Positions 24,515 to 38,509 of a stretch of DNA of 64,000 nucleotides are shown here, one piece after another (the first letter of the stretch is position 1; each line of letters begins with the position of its first letter). The stretch is from Malacoraja senta (taxonomy: Eukaryota). The notes under the pieces were generated by a model. It was not told the origin of the DNA. It saw only the letters and a list, made by a program, of their open reading frames with translations, and did not search any database. The DNA is taken from positions 8,372,001 to 8,436,000 of the forward strand of contig CM075991.1 of the NCBI GenBank assembly GCA_038087875.1, written 5' to 3'. A program made the position numbers and the translations under genes.

Positions 24515-27500
24515 TGGTCTCATTTAAATCTTTTTATTCTTTTTAAAATACATTTGAGGTAAACGCTATCTAGTGCCGGTTTTATTCCCAGATTTCCCAT
24601 CCTCTTTGTACAAGACTAAAGGCACTCTCGTACCAAAGTCCTGAGAAGTCAGGAACATGGAAGCAAAATTGTAGGAACCAAAATTCTCCAAGAAGGTAAT
24701 CACTTCTTCATTAGTACAAGGCAGCCTGCAGTGTCACCTCATACGGATTCATCCCAATTCATGCAGAAAGCAGTTCCAAAAGCTGTGCATCATTCGTCAT
24801 CACTACATCTGGACACACTATTAAGATTTTCCAAAAGGAATCTTAGCAAATCCAACTCTGTTCCGATCCATAGGGAGTCACAGAATTCCGATCAACTGCA
24901 AGACTCCTACATCAACTTGCCCCTCGATGAGACTTGTTGGAAAACCTTGGCAGGCATTTAGTGTCAAAACTAGCATTGGGGCAACTAGCTTTCATTCCAC
25001 CTTTTGGACACGAGGAACTGGAGGTGTTGAAATCTTGAGCAAAACACAAAGTGCTGGAGGAACTCGGCGGGTCCAGGCAGCGTCTGTGGAGGGTATGGAC
25101 AGGCGACGTTTTGGGTCGGGACTGAAGAAGGGTCCCGACCCGAGACGTCACATGTCTATTCCCTCCACAGATGCCGCCTGACCCACTCAGTTCCTCCAGC
25201 ACTTTGTTTTACTCTAACTTGTGAAGTTGGCATTAACCACGTCCATATAGAGGACTTAGCAAGAAAACAGATGTTAGAAACAGTTCCAATGTGTAAAACG
25301 TGACGTTGATACCAGAGTCTGCCATTCAATCTGCTGATGCCACATTGTTTGTCCATCCATTGATAGGGTCTGTGAGTGGAATGAATCATTAACAGACATG
25401 ACCATCTCATGCCTGCCAGTGGTCAACAAGGGTATTGGCAACAGATACATGCCACATCACTCAGAGCAGAGGCTTAAAGAACAAGTTCTGCAGAGCAATT
25501 TGCTTAAGGTGTCAGATACACTGGTTAAGAGCCAGAAGGACGTTAACTGAGGATAAAAGATCTTATCACCCTTCGAAGCTATCCTTGAAAGCTTGTCAAA
25601 ACTAAGATGGCTCACGCTTAGCTGTGAAAGAGGAAAATACTTCACTGTATTGAGGGCTGGTAAGACTCAGATGGAAGCTTTCACCTCGGTCCTGAACCTT
25701 AACCGTCACAATCAAACTGGTGTATAATATAGCAAGTGGGACTGATAGATAAGCAATAAACACTCGGTACTTTGCATCTGCACTCCCATTATCCCTCCCT
25801 GGAGCCACAGCCTTGGATTATCATGCTCTCCACAGCGAAGTACCGCATGGTTAAAGCAGGCAGCAGATTCAGGGGTCAACACCCACCGTGGATCAACCAA
25901 GGTTTGAATGAGAGCTCAACATACAGGAACAATCACATTCACCTTCAAAGGACAAACCTCCACTCAAATAATAAAACCCTTGCTACGAGAGGCAGCCTAC
26001 AGTGCAGGTGGGACATGTTGGTCAGTGTGGGCAAGTTGGGCCGAAGGGCCTGTTTCCACAGTATGACCTCCACGCTGTCCGACTTGGTCTATTATAACTC
26101 TAATGGTGACCTTGCAAAATGTGTTTAAAACACGGGCTCATTCGGTAGCGAGTAGCTTGCCTCAGAGCTAGTTGGTTACACACTGCTGAAAGCCTCAATT
26201 CCAACCTATGTGGTTCAAACTCTCCTTTTAGAAATTCAACGAGTTGATCTACCATAGTGATGGAGTATGATATGTGGGTTTGCAACACTTGTGTGAAGAC
26301 CACATTTCAATCAGGCCAACGCCTATTGTCAAGGGACCACATCTCTCCACTGGAATAGACTAAAAAGATTCATTCTCTTGAGTGTGATCTATGCAGATCC
26401 TCCATCACTGGACCGTTAGATACTAAGTCTATCAGTTGGCAGTCTGTTGAAATGGAGGCACTCACGTATAACGTGTCAGTAGCAAGGTAAAGGGACATAG
26501 GCTGACGCATGTTATAAATTAAAACCAAGCTCCAGTATGTAGGGCAAAGCTTCACACAAGGCCAACATGCCCAGTCCCTCTAAACCAATTCCTTCACTAA
26601 AACTGCAGAAGTAAACTCAGAGCTGCATGTTAATGTAACCATTTCCAGCATGTAATTCCCAGTTGTGTCGCAATGGCCGGATCAGACACACGCTACTGTG
26701 AAAAGCAGCATGGCTTGCAGTCAAGGTGGCAATTCGATTTTAAAATGCCCCAAAATGGAAACATGTTTCTTCAGCATAACAGTGGATATAGCAGTTGTAG
26801 TATAATCTGGAATGACTCCATTACCCATTACGTACTAAATGGGGAAGGGGGGAGGGGGAAAGATTAACCTGCTACCTCTAACTTCAGTACAAATACAGTT
26901 ATCACCAGTTTGCACATACACCCTCATCAAGTTATGTTCAGTGCAAGACAAAAGCACCGCCACAGTATGGTTCTCCTGCACACACCTCCATCATTGCACA
27001 GTCACCTGACGTAAAGTGCCAGTTACTCAGTTGCTGTGCTTTAACATTTCAGCCGTTTGCCACTCACAGTAGCGAACATTTGCACCCGGGTGCCAGTTAT
27101 TAAGCAGGTTAAGGAATCATGCTGCTTAGCAACGAGCCGACCCCCGTAGATGTGATGGTGAAGTCTGGTTCCAGCATCTTTCATCCCCCTGCTTGCATTC
27201 CCGGCCGACTCGACGCAGCGGCCACGTTCCGTTGCCACAAGCAACTCCCATTTCCTATGATGTTTTACAACGCAGGAACGAGGCGAGGGTGGGAGAGGTG
27301 GGATTCGGGGGTGGCTTAAATCACATCATCTTCTTCATTTAACGAGTGCAGGCATCTTCCTTTGTAAACAGCAATGTCAAAACCATTGATCTATGGTTCA
27401 CCCCCACACAGTACTAAATTCAGAATGTGTAATCCAATGTACAGAAATCCTGATAGGGGGAAGCTCGGACATTTGATAAGTGCCATCCAAATCCTCTGTT

Positions 27501-27605
27501 TATACATACAAACTCATTTAACGTGTCCATTATTAATTCTGCATGGTTATGCGGTACACACAGGCCGGGGCTTACACTGCACCAGCAGCCCGGCTTCCAA
27601 CAATA
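24515..27605 (-). other. Probable ACTR1B 3' UTR (about 3 kb)
   Basis: Repeat-poor sequence after the stop codon; minus-strand AATAAA at 24581-24586 and 24533-24538. The 3' end is inferred. Confidence 0.5.
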
Positions 27606-27779
<174 letters not shown>

Positions 27780-28969
27780 TTAAATGGCTGGGTGAATATG
27801 TAAATTGTGTCGGATATTGTTACGTGTGCGGGGATCGCTGGTCGGCGCGGACGCGGTGGGCCAGCGGGCCTGTTTCCAAGTTGTATCTCTCAACTAAACA
27901 CTAAACTAAAGGAGTACATTGTGGTCCCTGATGACTCAATGGGTAAAGACACGGTCGGGCATGCAAGGTTGATCATGGAGGGGTCATTGTCGGCAGCTTT
28001 AGTGCTATAATATGGAGGACAGGCTGTTGCCCATGCAGCACGTCCCCCCTCTCCACGTCGCTGATCGATCCAAAGGAACAGCAGGGCCGTTACGGTTTGG
28101 CACCAGCGCCGTCGCAGGAGCTGCCAGAGCGAGGTTGTAGACAACGACGAACTGCCTTAGGGGCTCCGACTCCGGATTTTCTTGGGGTTTACTCCTGGAG
28201 CCACAAGGCAGTGGAGGTTTTAAATCAGAGTTTTCCCTCTCCTAGATGGACTGCCTTCCCAGGCTGACGAGCCCCATCTGCACTAAACATAGCACAAAAG
28301 CTGCTGGCAATGCCCCCTACATGATCTCTGCAATGTAAACAAGTGTACAGTAATCCCAGTTTGGGGATTCTTGAACCTGGCTTGATTCTGATCAACCTTG
28401 CACGCCCCACCATGTCTTTACCCATTGCAGTCCCGGCAGGCCCGATGCGGCCACGTTCCTTTGCCACAAGCAACTCCCATTTCCTATGATTTTTACAACG
28501 CAGGAACGAGGCGAGGGTGGGAGAGGTGGGATTAGGGGAGCGGGCACCTCCCTTCACTGTTGTGTCATTGAGTTAGGCCCACACATTCTAGGCCCTAGGC
28601 CACAAAGGGTGTTTGCATGTGGTGATCAGGCTATCTTGTTGGAGGAAAGTACAAAAATTCTTCCCTGCATCAAATTCATATCTGAACATATCTGAACAAT
28701 TGGTAGTCTGGTGTTGATAAGGCAACATAGAATATTTAACTCACATTGCAAGTCAATTGATAGTCTAATGTTGATGAGGCAACATAGTACATTTAACTCA
28801 GATTGTACATACCCTGAAAATATGTAATGGGACAGAGAAGTGTGAGCATTAACCTGAACTGCACTGATCTTGAAATACTTTTAGGCCACAATATCCCACA
28901 AACCATTATAACTAAAAAAACAGGTAAAGAAACCAGGCTTGTTGAATGCCAGTTGATGAAATCACTTAC

Positions 28970-29010
28970 CCTATCCATGTGGAATATAGCCTTTCCTGAG
29001 GCGCAGAGAT
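28970..29010 (-). CDS. ACTR1B: ACTR1B-like exon 10 (41 nt)
   Basis: ttgcag|ATC...GG|gtaagt; ISAPQERLYSTWI(G). Confidence 0.96.
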
Positions 29011-29102
29011 CTGCAAAGCAATAAAAATATCAACAGCTGGTGTACCTTACAACACTAACACCCAATTATTTAAACAAGAAAAATTAAAACCTTTGCCCAC
29101 AC

Positions 29103-29164
29103 CTTTATTTTCACGTCTTTTGGAGCAAGTTTCTTAACCTCGCTGAGTAATCGGTCACCAAAAC
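29103..29164 (-). CDS. ACTR1B: ACTR1B-like exon 9 (62 nt)
   Basis: ttatag|GT TTT...AAG|gtgtgg; (G)[20 protein letters not shown]. Confidence 0.96.
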
Positions 29165-31024
29165 CTATAAGGTAATGGAACATAGTTTAGTGCAGAATTA
29201 CAAAGTACAGATTTTACAAAAAACAGATTTTTCTCTTTTCCAGCTTCCGCCCACCCCAAATCAATCTGAGGAAGGGTCCCGACCTGAAACGTCGCCTATT
29301 CATGTTCTCCAGAGAAGCTGCTTGACCCATTGAGTTATTCCAGCACTTTGTGCCTTTCTTCTATAACTGTCACCTTTGTTTCCTTCCTTTTCTATGTCTT
29401 AACCTGTGTTTCCCTGGAATACACTATGCCCTTTGCTTCAAACACTTCATGCGACAAAGTTCCCAATTTTAATCATCTGGATTCTTTTAGCTTTGATTTT
29501 GTACAGAGATACAGCATGGAAACAGGCCTTTCGGCCTACCAAGTCCATGTTGGCCATCGATCACCCCTTCACACTAGTTTGATGTTATCCCACTTTCATA
29601 TCCGCACCTTACACTTAACCTAAAAACCCACACGTCTTTGGGATGTGGGAGGAAACCGGAGCCCCTGGAGGAACCCCACACGGTGTGGAACTCCACACAG
29701 ACAGCACAAGATGCCAGGATCTGACCCGGGTCTCTGGCGCTGTGAAGCAACAGATCTACCAGCTGTAGTGGCAACCTTATATTTATGACTCTGGTAGGAT
29801 TTTCCAAATTTCGTTAAAGGTCATTGATATGAATTATGTTCTGTCTCCTCAGACACAGAGACGTGCAGAGTATTTCTATCATTGCCCTACAGGTGCCATA
29901 AGTGAGGGGAAACAGGGGAGGAATTACACTTCAGTGGATTCAAGACATCGTTGGGGACTCCCAGTAAATTAGGAATCGGGACATTTTTCTGAATTCTCAG
30001 ACTTTTCTGGATCATCACGATAAATAAGATCGCCCGGCGCGTGGGAGCTGAGATCCCCCGCCCCCGATGCGGGATCTTCATCGCCCCAACACGGAGGGCC
30101 TGAACGCCGCTGGCTATGGGAGCCAAGATCGTCCCGTCAACGGAAGGCTCGAGGCCCACGATCGCGGGAGAACAAAGGGAAGAGATTGAACTTTTGTTTT
30201 GCCTTCCATCACAGTGAGGAATGTGGAGGAGTCACTTTGGTGGATGTTCATGTTAAAATGTATTGTGTTGCTTTTGAATGGTATGACTGTATGGCAATTC
30301 AAATTCCTCGTAGGTTGCAAAACATACTTGGCTAACAAAGTATGATTATGATTATGAAAAGCAAGGTTTAGTATAGTTTATTGTCACGTGTACCGAGGTA
30401 CAGTGAAAACATTTTGTTGCGTGCTAACCAGTTTGCGGAAAGACAATATTTGATTACAATCGAGTCGTCCACAGCGTACGGTGGAGGAGAGGTTTCAAAG
30501 AGTGGATCGATTGAATTGCGTGATTGCACTTCTATGATGAGCACACCAAGAGTGGCCTAGCCTGCGCGCCATCAATCTGGATCAATATAGAGTCTGTTTG
30601 TGAACATGTCCATAGGGCATAGTGCAGGAAATCAGATCAGCCAACATTCTACACTTGTGACGAACATTTCAGCTGCTATTGCTGGGGGGCACGATGGATG
30701 TTACTTCAACAGACAAGCTTCAATCCAAACGACAGGGAAACCTTTCATCTGTTGCTCAAATGCAAATCCCCCCCCCCCCAATGAATTCATTCTTGGAAGC
30801 TCTTTTGAGATTGGAACTAAAACGCAAAATTCTGGCGAGGTTTTACACTGTTCCGAGCCCTCACAAAGCTAAACCAACAATGCGTGCTCTGTAATTCTCT
30901 CATTGGGAGGGAAAGGCTACTGCATCGCTAAAAGAAGCCTTCAATGCATGTCAAAGTACAAGACCAAAAGGTGCCAGTCAGGCAATCAAATCTAAGATGG
31001 ATTCTTGAAAGAGCAGTCTAACTT

Positions 31025-31157
31025 CTCCTCCTCTTTTTGCTCGCATGTCCTCCCTCCTCCTCTCCCCCCCCTCCTCCTCTCTCCCCTCCCTGTCCTCCTC
31101 TGCTCTCTCTCCCCCCTCCTCTTCTCTCCCCCCCTCTCCTCTTCTCTCCCCCCTCTC

Positions 31158-31192
<35 letters not shown>

Positions 31193-31495
31193 CCCCCCCT
31201 CCCTCTCTCCTCCTCTTCCCCTCTGTTCTCTCTCCCCCCCTCTCCTCTCTCTCTCCTCCCTCCCCCCTCCCCTCCCCTCCCTCTCTCCCTCACCCCTCTC
31301 TCTCCTCCTCTTCCCCTCTGTTCTCTCTCCCCCCCTCTCCTCTCTCTCTCCCTCCCCCCTCCCCTCCCCTCCCTCTCCCCTCTCACCCCTCTCTCTCCTC
31401 CTCTTCCCCTCTGAGCTCTCTCTCCCTCCCTCTCCTCTCCCCCCTCTCTATCCCCCTCCTCTCTCTCCCTCTCCTCACTCTCTCCCCCCCCCAAC
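31025..31495. repeat. (CT)n/polypyrimidine low-complexity tract
   Basis: About 470 bp almost entirely C/T, with internal repeats such as CTCCTCTTCCCCTCTG. Confidence 0.95.
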
Positions 31496-31656
31496 TCTAA
31501 TCCCATAGAAGATTTCCCCCTCAGTTTTTCACCATTTCTCTCATGCAGGCTACCGTGATACATATCCACCAACCCTATCATTGCCCCGAAATTTCACTGG
31601 CAAACAAGCCAGTTGGCGAGTGGTCTGCTCCCGAGCAGAGCGCGTCTGGCAGTCAC

Positions 31657-31831
31657 CTTTGAACAGCGTGGACCCTCCCGAGAGTACAATGTTGCAGAAT
31701 AGCGTCCGGCGCAGGTCCATGTCCGACTTCTGGATGGCAAAGGTCAGCACCTCATGGATCCCCTCACTCTCATCTCCAATCAGGTCGGGTTTAAAGAGCA
31801 ATTCTGGGGCTCGGAACCGAGCAGGTCCCAC
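31657..31831 (-). CDS. ACTR1B: ACTR1B-like exon 8 (175 nt)
   Basis: ctgcag|GTG...AAAG|gtgact; [58 protein letters not shown](G). Confidence 0.97.
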
Positions 31832-32174
31832 CTGCAGAGCGCGAGCAAATCGTCAGACACAACGGACGCCCCCAATTCACACTCGCTTACGTGTAAATGA
31901 ACAGCATAAGAATACGTCACTTTGTCAAACGGTTACACATTCTTGAAGCCAGCTCTTAATAGCATGGTTTCAAACATTCCCGGGGCAATGCTTCATCAAA
32001 TGTTGCATCAATCCAAGTGTCGCCAAGGCAAGCAAACCATGACAGGCCACAGGATCAATTGCTTACTACGCCAAGTAATATAATCTAAGTCAGGCCTGCA
32101 ATCCAGAGCATTGGAAGGGAAATCTAAATCAGTTTGAGGTCCCAAGGTGTTCTTGGCTCTATGACTTCTCCCAG

Positions 32175-32452
32175 GTGGCACAGTGGTGGAGTTGCTGCCT
32201 TACAGTGCCAGAGACCAGGCTTTGATCTGACTACTGGTGCTGCCTGTGCGGAGTTTGTACCTTCTCCCCGTGGGGTTTCCTGTTTCCTCTCACACTCCAA
32301 AGACGTACAGGTTTGTACGTTAATTGGCTTGGTGAAGTTGAAGATTGTCCCCAGCGCGTGCGGAATAGTGTTAGCGTGCGTGGATCGCTGGGTGGCGCGG
32401 ACTCGGTGGGCCGAAGAACCTGCTTCCACGCTGTATTTCAAAACTAAGCTAA
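32175..32452 (+). mobile_element. tRNA-derived SINE in ACTR1B intron 7
   Basis: Full head, core and tail. Confidence 0.8.
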
Positions 32453-32677
32453 ACGTGCAGGCAACGTCAGGCTTGGACATGGCCGGCAGTGGCAATAATG
32501 CCGCCCTGCTGGCTGTTATTGCCCAACTTCAGACATGAAGTCAGAATGCTGGCACGGCCTGTGGGATTGGATCCTAACCATGAAGCAACAACCCTGAGAG
32601 ACAGCAGACAGGATGTCTCAATGAATCTCAAGTCTCCAACTTTCAAAACAAAACCATCATGCAGGCGTTTATAATAC

Positions 32678-32769
32678 CTCCAATGTGCTTCCATCAGGGA
32701 GAATGTATTGTGCTTTCTCAGTCTCCAGTGTCTCATCTTTCTGTGGGTTTATGATAAATAACAAGCCCG
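32678..32769 (-). CDS. ACTR1B: ACTR1B-like exon 7 (92 nt as assembled; 1-nt deletion and frameshift)
   Basis: tttacag|CGG GCT TGT TAT TTA TCA TAA...GAG|gtatta; reads RACYLS*, then [25 protein letters not shown] in the shifted frame. Confidence 0.93.
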
Positions 32770-35700
32770 CTGTAAAGCAAGAAACAGATTTTAAATGTTG
32801 ACCGAGCCACGCAGCTTAAAATATTCTGTTTATGTTAATACCATCCGTGTAAGTGAAACGAATAAACTATTTATAAAATGGAAAATATTAGGAGCCAGTA
32901 TACTTAAATCGTAAAGTGGCTGTGTTAAAAAAAGTTACTATGCGGTGACATTTTCACACAAAGAGTGGTGGGTGTATGGGAAGAGCTGCCGGAGGAGGTA
33001 GTTGAGGCAGGTACTATTGGTCGGTGTGGCCAATATAGGGCCGAAGGACCTGTTTCATACTGTAAGAGTCTATGACTATTTGGCTCATAGACCCACAGTG
33101 CGATCCTTGTGGGGCAGAGAAAGGCTGGATGGCAGATGAAGACACAAATATTGGGTGGGGTGGGGAAAACAGAAAATTCTGCAAATATTCAGCAGGTTTC
33201 AGAAAGCGTGGGGACCTTTTTTAAATGCATTCCAGACTTTGTAAATGCTTGATCATCAAGCACAGTTTAACAGCTTAACAGTCTACCCATTCACTTATCG
33301 TGGATTATTGTTGTGACAGGCTGATATTTGCATATGCTCACTGGCAGTGACTGGGGAGGGATTATTTGTGGTATCTCGTTTTTCTTTTATTGTTGTCTTG
33401 TTATATGTTGGCATAAGTTGTATTTTATTTATTCTTTTCGTACACTCTGTCTGTAACAAATGGACAACTTTGCATTTTGTTATGTCCTGAAAACTAAATA
33501 AAAAAGATTTTGATTTTAAAAAAAAGTATTCAGCAGGTAAGGCTCCGTCCAGGGAAAGATCAACAGATAACCTTTCGCCAGGTGAAGAGCCTCTTTCACA
33601 GCACAAACTCTTGTTTCTCTTTTCATAGACGATGCCCGAGCCTGCTGAGTGATTCCAGAACTACCTGCTTGTATTTCAGATTTCCAGCAGTTTTGTTGGA
33701 TTTTCGAGGAGTGCGGGGAGGGAACAAGAGGAGCCGTGCCTCTTTGTAGCTACGTTCCATCTCGTTCAAGGGACTGAAACAGCAGGACGTAAATTATATT
33801 GACTGAAGAGCGAGGAAAGGCAATAAAAAAGAACTGACGGCATCGTTCAAATCCCAGGTGTGGGGCTTGCCATCGCAAGCTGTGTTCTGGATCAGTCATC
33901 CCATGCTCCACTGTGTAAGCACAATTGAAAGCAGCACGCTTGGCTTCCACAACAGGCAGTGGTTCTGCAGAGCAGAGCTGTATCACACAGACCTGAAAGG
34001 TCCTGTCATTGTTCGGCACACCAGTCCTTCATTTTCAGATGATCTTAAATAGCAGGACGGGAGCAATTCAGGAGGGGTAGGGTGTCTGGGGAAAAGGAAC
34101 GTGGCAAGTGGGAGTACATGGAGAGGGAAATAAGAGTCAGGTGAATACAAAAACACTCCATGCAATGACACACAACTCCTCAGGCTCCGCACCACATTTA
34201 ACCAGATTGACACAAAATAGAGATTCTCTCTTTATCTTTATTCTTTAAAAAAAACTGAATCTATGTAAGAAATCTGTAATTAAATTGTCGCTCACTATTA
34301 TTTGTATACAAGCTTCTAATAAAAATACTTTAAAATTTTAAATTTTTTTTTTAAAGATTGACACAAAATGCTGGAGTAACTCAGCAGGTCAGGCAGCATC
34401 TCTGGAGAAAGATCTCTGGGGACATTTCAGGTCAAGACCCTTCATCAGACATTTAACCTTCAGCATCTACAAAGTCATAGGAAGGAAAATCACCTTCAAT
34501 GGTCAATATGTTAGGACGTGCAGTTACACAGGCAGCAGGTGGAAGAAATGGACAGTCTGACACAGTTAAGTATGGAAAGAAAATTTGCAAGGAAAATGGC
34601 CATCTATACTTGCGTGCTTTCCAACTGAAAAGCCAACAGCATCTTTGCAGTGTGTTGAAGCAGGAATTTGGTTTAATCTAAAGGAAAGGTGTGCGTGCAT
34701 GCCCACTGAACTTCTTTTTATTTGCTATATTGTTTACAGAGTACTGTGTTACATATTGTGTTGTGCTGTTGCAAGCAAGAATTTCATTGCCCTGTTTGGG
34801 ACACATGACAATAAAACAGGCTCGACTCTTTGGTTCTGCAGGGATTGCCGGAGAGACTGGATATCCATGGTGAAGAAGATGCAAGGGTCTCCCTTGCATC
34901 TCCCTGAAGGATCTCCACCCAACACGTCACCCATCCATGTCCTCCAGAGATTGAGTTACTCCAGCACTTTGTGAATCAACATCCGCAGGTCCTTGTGCCT
35001 CCTTTCACTCTTCTTCCTTTTGACTAGTTTCAGGTTCGATAGAAAGCTTTGCGATTTCATTTTCACCACCTTCCAAAGCTGTGACCACCGTCACCAAGAA
35101 GGGCTCCGTGGAGCTGTGGTTTGCGGAGCTTCTAGCCGCGGGCGGCGCTGACCTTAACATCACAGAGCGAGGCGATCCCGGGGATCGCCAGTATTGGAGC
35201 TCCGTCCAGCTCGGCCTGTGGACTTCGGAAGCCGCGGTCTCCGGTAAGAAGCGGCCGATTCGGAAACTCCAAGCTGCGAGTGTGTTCCGATCTGTTCCGA
35301 CGCCGGAGTTTCGATCATCCCGGCGAGAGGGCCTGTACATCGGGGCGTCCGTAGCGGCGACTGCGGAGGGTCCAAAGGCCCCGACCACGGGTGAACAAAG
35401 AAACATAGAAACATAGAAAATAGGTGCAGGAGGCCATTCGGCCCTTCAAGCCAGCACCGCCATTCATTGTGATCATGGCTGATCATCCCCTATCAATAAC
35501 CCGTGCCTGCCTTCTCCCCATATCCCTTGACTCCACTAGTCCCTAGAGCTCTATCTAACTCTCTCTTAAATCCATCCAGTGACTTGGCCTCCACTGCCCT
35601 CTGTGGCAGGGAATTCCATAAATTTACAACTCCCTGGGTGAAAAAGTTTTTCTCACCAGAGGAAGATGACTGAACTTTATTGCCTTCCATCACAGTGGGA

Positions 35701-36091
35701 AACGTTGATTCCGCTGTGTGGGGGATGTTTATGTTAAATCCTATCGTGTATTGTGTTCTTTTTATTTGTATGGCTGTGTGGCAAGTCAAATTGGTGCTCG
35801 TGACAATAAATGTGAACTTGAACTTGGAACTGAACACACAGGAACGCCATCGAGTGCCGCAAATAAAGTGCCACACCCCACCATTTCCGCCAATACACAA
35901 ACGTCAAGTTGACATGGGAGCTCTATGTGGTTGCATCACCATCACAGAGACTTTCCATCTAACAAGCTCCCACAGCAACTGGACTCCCAGTCACTTTGAC
36001 TCACCACCACCACAATTAGTCAGAGGAACAACGCCAGTACTTCCCAACAGTGCTCTCCTTTCAAGAACACGTCGAACTAAACAGCACCCAC

Positions 36092-36308
36092 CTCTTTGAT
36101 TGTTTTGACAACCTCAAATTCCGCCGTTGTGTGGAAGTCGTATCCTTCTTTCCGGAGGAGCAGGCGCAGGTAACGGGACACGTCCCTGCCTGCCACGTCT
36201 ACCCTCTTGATGGAGTGCGGCATGGCAAAGCCTTCGTAGATGGGAACAGCGTGGGTGACGCCGTCGCCAGCATCCAGCACGACTCCCGTGGTTCGACCAG
36301 TGGCATAC
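36092..36308 (-). CDS. ACTR1B: ACTR1B-like exon 6 (217 nt)
   Basis: ctgcag|G TAT...GAG|gtgggt; [72 protein letters not shown]. Confidence 0.97.
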
Positions 36309-36404
36309 CTGCAGCCAGAACGGGAGACACAGTAATTGTCCGGGGTCCCAGCGATCAAGAGATAAGCTTTGCTGGCAAAAAAATGGGTCACGTTACAGAT
36401 ACTT

Positions 36405-36697
36405 GAGAAACAGGGTGGAAACAGGCCCTTCGGCCCACCGAGTCCATGCTGACCAGCAAACATGCTGGACACTAGCGCTATAACCACACACTGGGGACAA
36501 TTTACAATTTTACGGAAGCCAATTAAGATATAAACCTGCGCGTCTTTGGAGTGTGGGATGAAACTGAGCACCCGGAGAAATCCCACGTGGTCACAGGGAA
36601 AACGTGCAAACTCCGTACAGACAGCACCCGAGGCAAGATCGAACCTGGGTCTCTGGCGCTGTAAAGGCAGCAACTCTACCGCCGCGCCACTGTGCTG
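36405..36697 (-). mobile_element. tRNA-derived SINE in ACTR1B intron 5
   Basis: Full head, core and tail. Confidence 0.8.
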
Positions 36698-38509
36698 CCC
36701 TTGCTTCCACTTCAGATTTCCAAGTCCTGATGTGGCTAATGAGGACACTGTGGGAACTGTGGTTGGGCAAGTGTTGGCTGATGGGGCATGCGAGCAGTAA
36801 CATTGTAAATTGTCGTATGTGTGTGTGTAGGAAGGATAGTATTAGTGTGGGGATCGCTTGTTGGCATGGACTTGGTGGGCCGAAGGGCCAGTTTCCACAC
36901 TGTATCTCTAAACTAAAAATCCATATAATTACAGGTTTTATTCTAATAACCTTTTCAAAGCATTAACAAAGAGACCAATACTGTACACATTACCTAGATG
37001 TCAATATAGCAGTCTCCCCACATTTGCAGTTAATTCCTGAAATAAATAATAATATCAACGTTCACAATTACTTTCTGTACCTATGTACCTCTTGCAAATC
37101 AGGTTCCTCTGTAACTTTGAGCTCTGCAATCTCTTACCGTTCATCTTTCGTTTCTCCTGCCAACATTTTTCCATCTTATAATTCATTTGCCAGATGCCTA
37201 CTCACTTATCTAAATCCTTTTACAGCTGTTCTCTTGTTCTTTTCACTTTCCAAACTATCATGTCATCAGTAAATTTGGCAGCCATTTTCTTTGGTGCCTT
37301 TATCCAAGTCCTTTATACAAATCATAAAAGGTTGAAGCCCCAGCAGTAAGGCTCATTAGAAATTGAATGGAATATTAGATATTGCCAAGCAGAAAAACAT
37401 GCATTGCTGCTTATTCAGCTGGCCAATCTTCTATTGATGCCAACATTTTACCTCCTCTACCACGAGCACTTATTCTCTACAATAGTCTGACGTGGCACCT
37501 TATCAAATGTCTTCTGGAAATTTAATCAGAACGCACACATCCACTCCCTTTAACCACAGATCACATTACCTTTAGTTAAGTTTACAGATACAGCATGGAA
37601 ACAGCCCCTTCAGCCCGCCGAGTCTGTGCTGACCAAGGCTTAGTTCTGTCTTATCCCAGTTTTGCATCGTACATGCTAGGGGCAATTTTACAGAAGCCAA
37701 TTAACCCAAGACCCTGCATTCTTTGGAATGTGGGAGGAAGCCGGAGCACCCTGAGAAAACCCACGCGGCTACAGGGAGAACGTGCAAACTCCGTACCGAC
37801 AGCACTCGTAGTCAGGATCAAACCCGTGTCTCTGGCGCTGTGAGGCAGCAACTCTACCACTGCACCACTGTGTCGCCTGCGGCAAAGAATTCTAACAAAT
37901 TGATCAGACCCAATTTCGCTTTCACAAAGCCAACACATACAATAATGCTATACTTGAATTTCTCAAATATCTTGCAATAATGTCTTTAACATAGGATTTT
38001 TTCCTCAGGCAGATTTGGTTTGCAGTTTCCTGTTTTCTGTCTGTCTCTCTCTCTCTCTCTCCTCCATTTTTGAATAAAGGAGATACATTTGTCATATTTC
38101 AATCCAGTAGAATCAATGGCAGACATTATTTCCAAGACATTCTGATCTGCGTTGAGTTAACTGATGTTAATCTGCTTGTCCAATTCCCTTAGCATCGTAG
38201 GGTGGAGATGAGATAGGCAAAGCTAGACTGCAAGCTATTCCGCCCGCTGGCTACATAAATTGAATTGCACATGACCAGGTCAGGAATTTAGCATAAGTGA
38301 CGGTTGCTCAAACTTTACATAAAGTGAAGTAAGTAAGTAAGTAGGTTTATTGGCCAAGTATTCACATACAATGAATTTGCCTTGGTGCTCCGCCCACAAG
38401 TAACAACATGACATACAGTGACAGTTATGAATGACTCAGAAAACACTAAACATTAATAATAAAACATTAATGATAAAACACCATTGATCAAGCATGTAAA
38501 CCAACAAAT

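Noticed and set aside
31005..31581. Long Pro/Ser/Leu and Gly/Arg/Glu ORFs
   Set aside because: Translations of the CT-rich tract on both strands.
34877..34902. Short hairpin AGATGCAAGGG-TCT-CCCTTGCATCT
   Set aside because: Single short palindrome at a repeat edge; no functional support.
36309..36748. N-terminal part of the 223-aa ORF
   Set aside because: Intronic SINE sequence in frame with exon 6; real coding starts at the acceptor at 36308.
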